From positions 6,541,773-6,585,014 of the forward strand of contig NC_069007.1 in the NCBI RefSeq assembly GCF_001194135.2: DNA of 43,242 bases, given 5' to 3'. Shown here one piece after another: positions 36,289-43,242 of the stretch; position 1 is the first letter of the stretch, and the number at the start of each line of letters is the position of its first letter. A program made the position numbers and the translations under genes. The stretch is from Octopus bimaculoides. Lineage: Eukaryota. The notes under the pieces were generated by a model. That model did not search any database. It worked only from the letters and a program-made list of their open reading frames with translations, and was not told where the DNA came from.

Positions 36289-36514
36289 CGCACATGGAAA
36301 AGGCTCAAGTCCTTCCCGAGCCAGAAGCTCCCTTTTACCAGCTGGAGCAACGTGAAACGAAGTGTTTTATTCAAAGGACAGCAGCTCTTCGACATAAATC
36401 CACAAGTCAACCATGCTCGGATCGTGCACGAACACGAATGTGCACAGAATGAAACCTAGAAACGTAAATAAGTAAATGAACAACAGCTAATATATGCCCT
36501 ACCTACGTATTATT

Positions 36515-36738
36515 CTTTTAGATGTTTCAGTCATTTATTTGATTGCGACCCTGATGGAGCACCCCCTTAAAGGGTATCTTAGTCGAAGGAATCGACCCCA
36601 GGACTTATTCTTTGTAAGCCTAGTGCTTATTCTATTGGTCTCTTTTTCCGAGCCGTAAACACACCAACATCAGTTGTCAAGCGATAGTGAAGGGACAAAC
36701 ACAGACACACACACATAAATATACACACACACATAAAT

Positions 36739-36770
<32 letters not shown>

Positions 36771-36955
36771 ACACACATATATATATATATACACACACAC
36801 ACATACACACACAACAGGCTTCTTTCAGTCCCTGCCTAACAAATCCATTCACAAGACTTCGGTCATCCTGAGGCTACAGTAGAAGACACTTGGTCAAGGT
36901 GCCCCGCAGTGGGACTGAACCTGGAACCTCTTACCACACAGCCACGCCTACGCCT
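36515..36955 (-). mobile_element. Family B SINE
   Basis: Homologous to family B. Confidence 0.8.
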
Positions 36956-36995
36956 ATGTTTGTATTATTCTCTTATAGTAGGGTGGTGCTGCGCT

Positions 36996-37163
36996 CAAGG
37001 CCGTCCTAGCAGTGTTATAGGCTCCCGGGTGAATCAGTGTTCTGAGCCCTATGGCATTTTACATTGACAGCAAACCACAACATACACATATCAGAATTGA
37101 GACCCAAGACCCTTGAGAACCCCGAGCAACTGCCCAGTGTACCCTTTCCTTGAGACGGTCTTG
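36996..37163. mobile_element. hAT-like MITE
   Basis: Imperfect TIRs CAAGGCCGTC/GACGGTCTTG; flanks GCTGCGCT/GCTGCATA may be a degenerate 8-bp TSD. Confidence 0.45.
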
Positions 37164-37870
37164 GCTGCATAAGTAGTCATACACCTCAAAATAGTACCCG
37201 GAAATAAATTATTCTTGTCTGATATTAGATGTACGTGTACGCTAAAACGGTGGTGGAGGCATTGAATCGTAATAAACGGGCGCGATGGAAATGTTTTAGT
37301 TAAACAAAAGACGTGATTGTTAAAACAACTTCGTGAATCACGGGGGAAATTGTTAACAAGGTATCTCGTTTTCTTGAAAGCGATATAAATAGGATCAGTG
37401 TAAGGATAAAAATGACGGATGAAATGTGACCCGAGTGTCATGGCGTGACTTTCATTGTTACTATACACTCCTGATCTATTTAGTTTACCGTGAATGTATG
37501 CATGAATATATGTATATGTGTGTGTGTGTATATATGGGTGTACAGATGTATGTGTGTTTGGATATATGTACATAGGTGTGTGTGTATTTAGATTAGTGCG
37601 TATGTACATGTGAACCTTAGTATGTTTGCATGTATGTATGTATGAATGTATATGCTAACGTATTTATGAATGTATTTAGGTAGACAAGTATGTACCTATG
37701 TTAGTATGTCTGCATGTATGTATGTGTGTGTGAGCGTGCGTGCGTGTGTGTGTATGTATGTACGTATGTATGTATAAAGGCATGCTTAACATTTCTTCCT
37801 TTGTTGTTTAAAAGTTTAGTTTGACCTTACAACTGGTCGGTGTTTAGATTGTAAATGTATGTGCACCTGC

Positions 37871-37950
<80 letters not shown>

Positions 37951-38029
37951 CAAATAATATGTGAGTATATGCAAATATACGTACATGTATGTACATACCT
38001 ACAACTACATGTATATATAGATGCATATC

Positions 38030-38300
38030 TGGGTACAGGACGTCACAAAAAACGTGGACAAAATGAAATACAGAACATAAACAGAGCACAGAAAACAAAC
38101 GGGCCACATAGAGAATATTTTCTACATCAGCTGCCCCTATTCTAAACTAAGCGTTTCGAAGAGTTAGGGCAGGACGCTTTGTTAGAATAGCTCTTCCCGC
38201 GGAAACAAATTAAATTAAATTAAATTAAATTTGTAATGCGGAGGAATTGAGTAGCAAACAGAAAACACGACAGGAAAACGAAGCGGTGAAAATAAACAAG
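38030..38300 (-). mobile_element. Dispersed repeat carrying a rearranged hammerhead motif (HHR family 2, copy 2)
   Basis: Homologous to 32546-32900. Confidence 0.7.
38118..38179 (-). ncRNA. Candidate non-circularly permuted hammerhead ribozyme (A9>U)
   Basis: AAGCGUC-CUGCCCU-AACUCUUC-GAAACGCUU-10 nt-AGGGGCAG-CUGAUGU-A-GAA. Confidence 0.6.
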
Positions 38301-39054
38301 AAGGACTGTAAGGCCAGACGTGAAAAAAATATCTGTATACTGAACGCTGTGATGTGACGAACTTGAGGGGAAGAGAGAAGAAAGTTCGTGCTAGCTTGGC
38401 AGTGGCCAAGAGAAGAAAGAAAGCAGTAGCCGGTCACATGTGACCAGCGAGGGGTAAGGAGAAAGAGTGGTAGAGAGAGAAAAAAGGGGAGGAAGTTGAA
38501 TATAGGTGAGCNNNNNNNNNNNNNNNNNNNNNNNNNNNNNNNNNNNNNNNNNNNNNNNNNNNNNNNNNNNNNNNNNNNNNNNNNNNNNNNNNNNNNNNNN
38601 NNNNNNNNNNNNNNNNNNNNNNNNNNNNNNNNNNNNNNNNNNNNNNNNNNNNNNNNNNNNNNNNNNNNNNNNNNNNNNNNNNNNNNNNNNNNNNNNNNNN
38701 NNNNNNNNNNNNNNNNNNNNNNNNNNNNNNNNNNNNNNNNNNNNNNNNNNNNNNNNNNNNNNNNNNNNNNNNNNNNNNNNNNNNNNNNNNNNNNNNNNNN
38801 NNNNNNNNNNNNNNNNNNNNNNNNNNNNNNNNNNNNNNNNNNNNNNNNNNNNNNNNNNNNNNNNNNNNNNNNNNNNNNNNNNNNNNNNNNNNNNNNNNNN
38901 NNNNNNNNNNNNNNNNNNNNNNNNNNNNNNNNNNNNNNNNNNNNNNNNNNNNNNNNNNNNNNNNNNNNNNNNNNNNNNNNNACATATACATGCGCAAACA
39001 CACACATATATATATATAGTCAACCCTTGAAATATCCATGTAACCCAACAGACT

Positions 39055-39690
39055 CCTTATTTGTTTATATTAACATTATCCCATTCATAAACACACACAA
39101 CCCTGGAGTTACCAACATGTTTCAAATTATACAATCAAACTTACCAATAGTCCTACAAAGCCCCCAAATGGGAAACCTATTAAACAAATATTGCATAAGA
39201 AACAGTAAAGACCAAGAGAAAAAAACTCAAAAAACAACTGACAAGAGCAAAATTCCCATCAGAGAATGAAACCGAATTCTTTGTGAAAGACTGTGGAGAT
39301 GGTAGATGTGGGACCTGCAGTAACCCCATCTATAAATATATAGAGGAAAACAGCCAAATAAAATTTAAGAGTGGACACATATTCAAAATAAATGCAAACA
39401 TGAATTGCAAGACACATTGCATAACCTGTCCCACCTGCAAGGAGAACTATATGGGTGAAACTGGCAATTCTTTATGCCAGCGAGTCAAAATTCACCGTCA
39501 GCATATCCAACAGGGAGAGCTACAAACAATTCCACTAAGTAAACACTTAGAAACATATGGAGAAGGAAGATACAAGATCTTTCCCTTCTATAAATGCCCG
39601 AGGAACGACACCTTCTTCAGAAAAAAATATGGAACAACACTTCATAGCAAAATTCTCCCCCCAACTGAATGGCTGAAAATATGAAAATCA
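39055..39690 (+). pseudogene. Penelope-like element linker plus GIY-YIG endonuclease fragment (Neptune-like Cys-rich linker)
   Basis: IPFINTHNP...CGDGRCGTC...NCKTHCITCPTCKENYMGETGNSLCQRVKIHRQHI...PLSKH, with a frameshift near 39270. Confidence 0.85.
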
Positions 39691-40814
39691 CATCAACTTC
39701 CTTATAAACCTATTTGGAACCCTAAGATATATGCATGTGTCTGTATGTATATACATAAATAGAAACATTCTTGCATCTAGATTTTCCAACCCATACCAGC
39801 ATGGGAATCAAGCATTGGATAATAATGATGATGATGATGATGATGATAATAAGTCCAGACTATTTTTTGAAAAATAACTTTTGATTATTCCTCATCAAAA
39901 CAGACCCTCATTAGAGTAACCACCTTGTCTTGCCATTTTTACAGACCAAGAATCAACTTGACATCTTCTACTGAAAGAGCTGACCAACTATATAGATATA
40001 AACACATTTTTTCTTCTTTCTTTCTTCCTTCATTTCTTTCCTTCTCTTTTCCATTGACATTAAGAAAAAACACATTTTTTCACTTTGAAAACATTTTCCT
40101 TTCAGACCCCCCCTCCTTCTTGAGCTGGCTGAACCAAAGTAAGCATCTGTTCCAGCCACCTACTTAAAAATATTCTTTTTCTTTATCTCCTGTTCAAAAC
40201 ACTTCCTTTCAGAGAAATACTTTTATAACTCTGAAAGATCACAAGTCAAATTTTGCTTCTAACCCCAAATGCCACCTGGCCTGATCCAAGATTGGCCAGG
40301 CGAGTAAGTATATGCTGAGGAAGATTAATGATGACATAAGNNNNNNNNNNNNNNNNNNNNNNNNNNNNNNNNNNNNNNNNNNNNNNNNNNNNNNNNNNNN
40401 NNNNNNNNNNNNNNNNNNNNNNNNNNNNNNNNNNNNNNNNNNNNNNNNNNNNNNNNNNNNNNNNNNNNNNNNNNNNNNNNNNNNNNNNNNNNNNNNNNNN
40501 NNNNNNNNNNNNNNNNNNNNNNNNNNNNNNNNNNNNNNNNNNNNNNNNNNNNNNNNNNNNNNNNNNNNNNNNNNNNNNNNNNNNNNNNNNNNNNNNNNNN
40601 NNNNNNNNNNNNNNNNNNNNNNNNNNNNNNNNNNNNNNNNNNNNNNNNNNNNNNNNNNNNNNNNNNNNNNNNNNNNNNNNNNNNNNNNNNNNNNNNNNNN
40701 NNNNNNNNNNNNNNNNNNNNNNNNNNNNNNNNNNNNNNNNNNNNNNNNNNNNNNNNNNNNNNNNNNNNNNNNNNNNNNNNNNNNNNNNNNNNNNNNNNNN
40801 NNNNNNNNNNNNNN

Positions 40815-40860
<46 letters not shown>

Positions 40861-41415
40861 GAATGAGAGACGGAAGAGGGAAGATACGAGAATTTTTATT
40901 AATCACTACTATTGTTTCGATACCCTTATACATACATACATATATGTATATGTGTGTGCATGTCTGTGTGTATACACACACACACGCACACACACTTAAT
41001 CCTTATATATACACATACTTACACATACACACACACACAACACACATACATATAGGTGTATGCATGGTATATCTAGAATATAGTTCACACGTTACTAAAC
41101 CAATAAGTCATAAGCGCACATTACATATTCCTGTACAGTCAACCCTCCGCCATTTGCAATTTATTATATATTCTATATTTACACGGCAGAATTCAGAAAA
41201 ACTATTTGCACCCAGACATATAATGTTGTTTAATATATCAAAGTAGATGTTTGAAATAAAGAAACGGCATAGAAGATTAAAAGATAAGAAATGAAACGTA
41301 AGCTGTTTTCCTTTCAAAAGAAAATAGAAACAGAAAAAAAAAAATGCAGTGATGAAAATTTTGCCCAGTGTCGGCTTGTTTCTGTATTGATGTGTTGGTG
41401 TGTGTGCGTGTGTGT

Positions 41416-41483
<68 letters not shown>

Positions 41484-41796
41484 AATTTGTTGCGAAAATG
41501 TGACGGCGGTTGATGTGACAGTCTCGCTTTTGATCAGTTCTTTTTATGGTTGTCTCTATATGAATATGTGTATGTATGTATGAATGTATGTATGTGTGTA
41601 TGCTTGTACGTATGTATGCATGAATATGTGTGTATAAATGTTTTACTTCTGCCATTTAAACATACTCATACATACAAACATATACGTATTGATATATCAA
41701 TCTATCTATCTATCTATCTATCTACCTATCTATCTCTCTGTCTGTCTATCCATCTATCTCTACCTCTCTCTCTCTATATATATATATATATATGCA

Positions 41797-41975
41797 GGAG
41801 AATGTACGGAAAAAAAACACCAACAGACGAGGACAGGTGGTGTAAACAACAAAAGGATGTATTAGTATGACGCTCGGGAATACAGAAAGTCTTTAACGTT
41901 TCGAGCTACGCTCTTCAACAGAAAGAATACAGAGAAAACAAGGAGAAAAACACGGAGAAAAAAAATTGAATGGTC
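41797..41975 (-). mobile_element. Dispersed PLE-type repeat (HHR family 1, copy 1)
   Basis: Direct repeat of 43038-43210. Confidence 0.8.
41890..41926 (-). ncRNA. Minimal type I hammerhead-like motif (GUU site, A6>U)
   Basis: UCUUU-CUGUUGA-A-GAG-CGUAG-CUC-GAAA-CG-UU-AAAGA. Confidence 0.55.
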
Positions 41976-42562
41976 TTTGGTCGTACATATTACATAAAAC
42001 ACTCAAACAAACATATGCACACATGCCCACATATAAGCCTACACACGTCTGCTCAAATATCGACTCACTCTCCACTACCCATATATATATGAAAATTACG
42101 GTGGTGCACCAGCATGACCGCAGCCACTTGGCTGAAACACATAAATAAATAAATAAATAATTATATGTATATATATATATTTAATTATATATATACATAT
42201 TTAATTCAATGCAGAAATTATTTTCTGCAGAGATATTTCCGGATTTAGCGCGCCAAAACTAAGGCTTTTGAATTTTACTCTTTATAATTTATAGAATCCC
42301 GAGCACGTTTTCACTTGTTGAAGACAACTAGCACGAGATTCTCTTGGATTATAATCGTTCTGGCAGTCTGTACTGAGGAAAAACAGATACTTTCGTTAAG
42401 AAAGTGTTGATTTAGAAACCATGGTCTACAGATAACCTAGGTCTTTATAATTTTCACTAGTCTCGCCCGCCTGTTTTTGCTCCGTTGAATTTTCTTTGAG
42501 AATTTTTAAGTGATCTTCTTCTAGCACATTAACAGTCCACTTTAGTGGTCTCTTTTATATAC

Positions 42563-42627
<65 letters not shown>

Positions 42628-42630
42628 AAT

Positions 42631-42667
<37 letters not shown>

Positions 42668-42686
42668 GATATATATATATATAGAT

Positions 42687-42726
<40 letters not shown>

Positions 42727-42728
<2 letters not shown>

Positions 42729-42985
42729 TTGCTCCTCTACATAACCTACAAAGAGTTTAGCATAATTGGGGCCCATCCTGGTGCCCATAGGAACACCGTT
42801 GAACTCCTTATAGAATTCACCAGAGAAGTAAAAAATAAAAGGTGACTGTTAAGACGAGCTCAGCTAGGCGGAGGAATGTATCAGTGCTGGGTTCAGGTAC
42901 AGAACGATTATCTAAGAAGTGTTTAACTGCTAGTAGACCGTCAATGTGAGGGATGGCTGTGTACAAAGATTTAATGTCCCTTGTG
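42727..42985 (-). pseudogene. Penelope-like reverse transcriptase fragment (Poseidon-like)
   Basis: [48 protein letters not shown], then after a frameshift [36 protein letters not shown]. Confidence 0.9.
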
Positions 42986-43002
42986 AAAAGAGTTTGGATT
43001 CA

Positions 43003-43037
<35 letters not shown>

Positions 43038-43038
<1 letters not shown>

Positions 43039-43242
43039 GAGAATATACAAAAAATAACAACAGACGAGGACAGGTGGTGTAAATAACAAAAGTATATATT
43101 AGTATGACGCTCGGGAATACGGAAAGTCTTTGACGTTTCGAGCTACGCTCTTCAACAGAAAGAATACGGAGACAAGGAGAAAAACACGGAGAAAAAAAAT
43201 TGAATAGTGTTCAGTCAACGGTCAATCATAATAATGGCCGAT
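43038..43242 (-). mobile_element. Dispersed PLE-type repeat (HHR family 1, copy 2)
   Basis: Direct repeat of 41797-41975. Confidence 0.8.
43127..43163 (-). ncRNA. Minimal type I hammerhead-like motif (GUC site, A6>U)
   Basis: UCUUU-CUGUUGA-A-GAG-CGUAG-CUC-GAAA-CG-UC-AAAGA. Confidence 0.6.

Noticed and set aside
37091-37609. 172-aa minus-strand ORF
   Set aside because: The N-terminus derives from a microsatellite, and there is no recognisable domain or splice support.

Overview
Repeat-dense eukaryotic (animal) DNA from a fragmented scaffold, with 17 N-gaps totalling about 6.6 kb. The AT-rich, microsatellite-rich sequence and its set of tRNA-derived SINEs are most consistent with an octopus (inferred from my recollection of those repeats, not from a database search). 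The only host coding sequence is a ~1.09-kb minus-strand exon encoding ~10 ankyrin repeats (1818-2901), ending at a GTAAGT donor. The rest is SINEs of at least four families, RTE- and R4/Dong-type LINE fragments, three Penelope-like (PLE) coding fragments, decayed hAT, mariner and maT-like transposases, MITEs and simple repeats. Nearly all tracked ORFs are microsatellite or gap artefacts. The most notable signal is three separate repeat families, each present twice, that carry hammerhead ribozyme (HHR) motifs. One family (32644-32705 and 38118-38179, minus strand) has the three core segments in a non-circularly permuted order, with compensatory base changes between its two copies. There is also a fossil triple C2H2 zinc-finger array split by a SINE, and an R4/Dong fragment inside an (AAT)n array.
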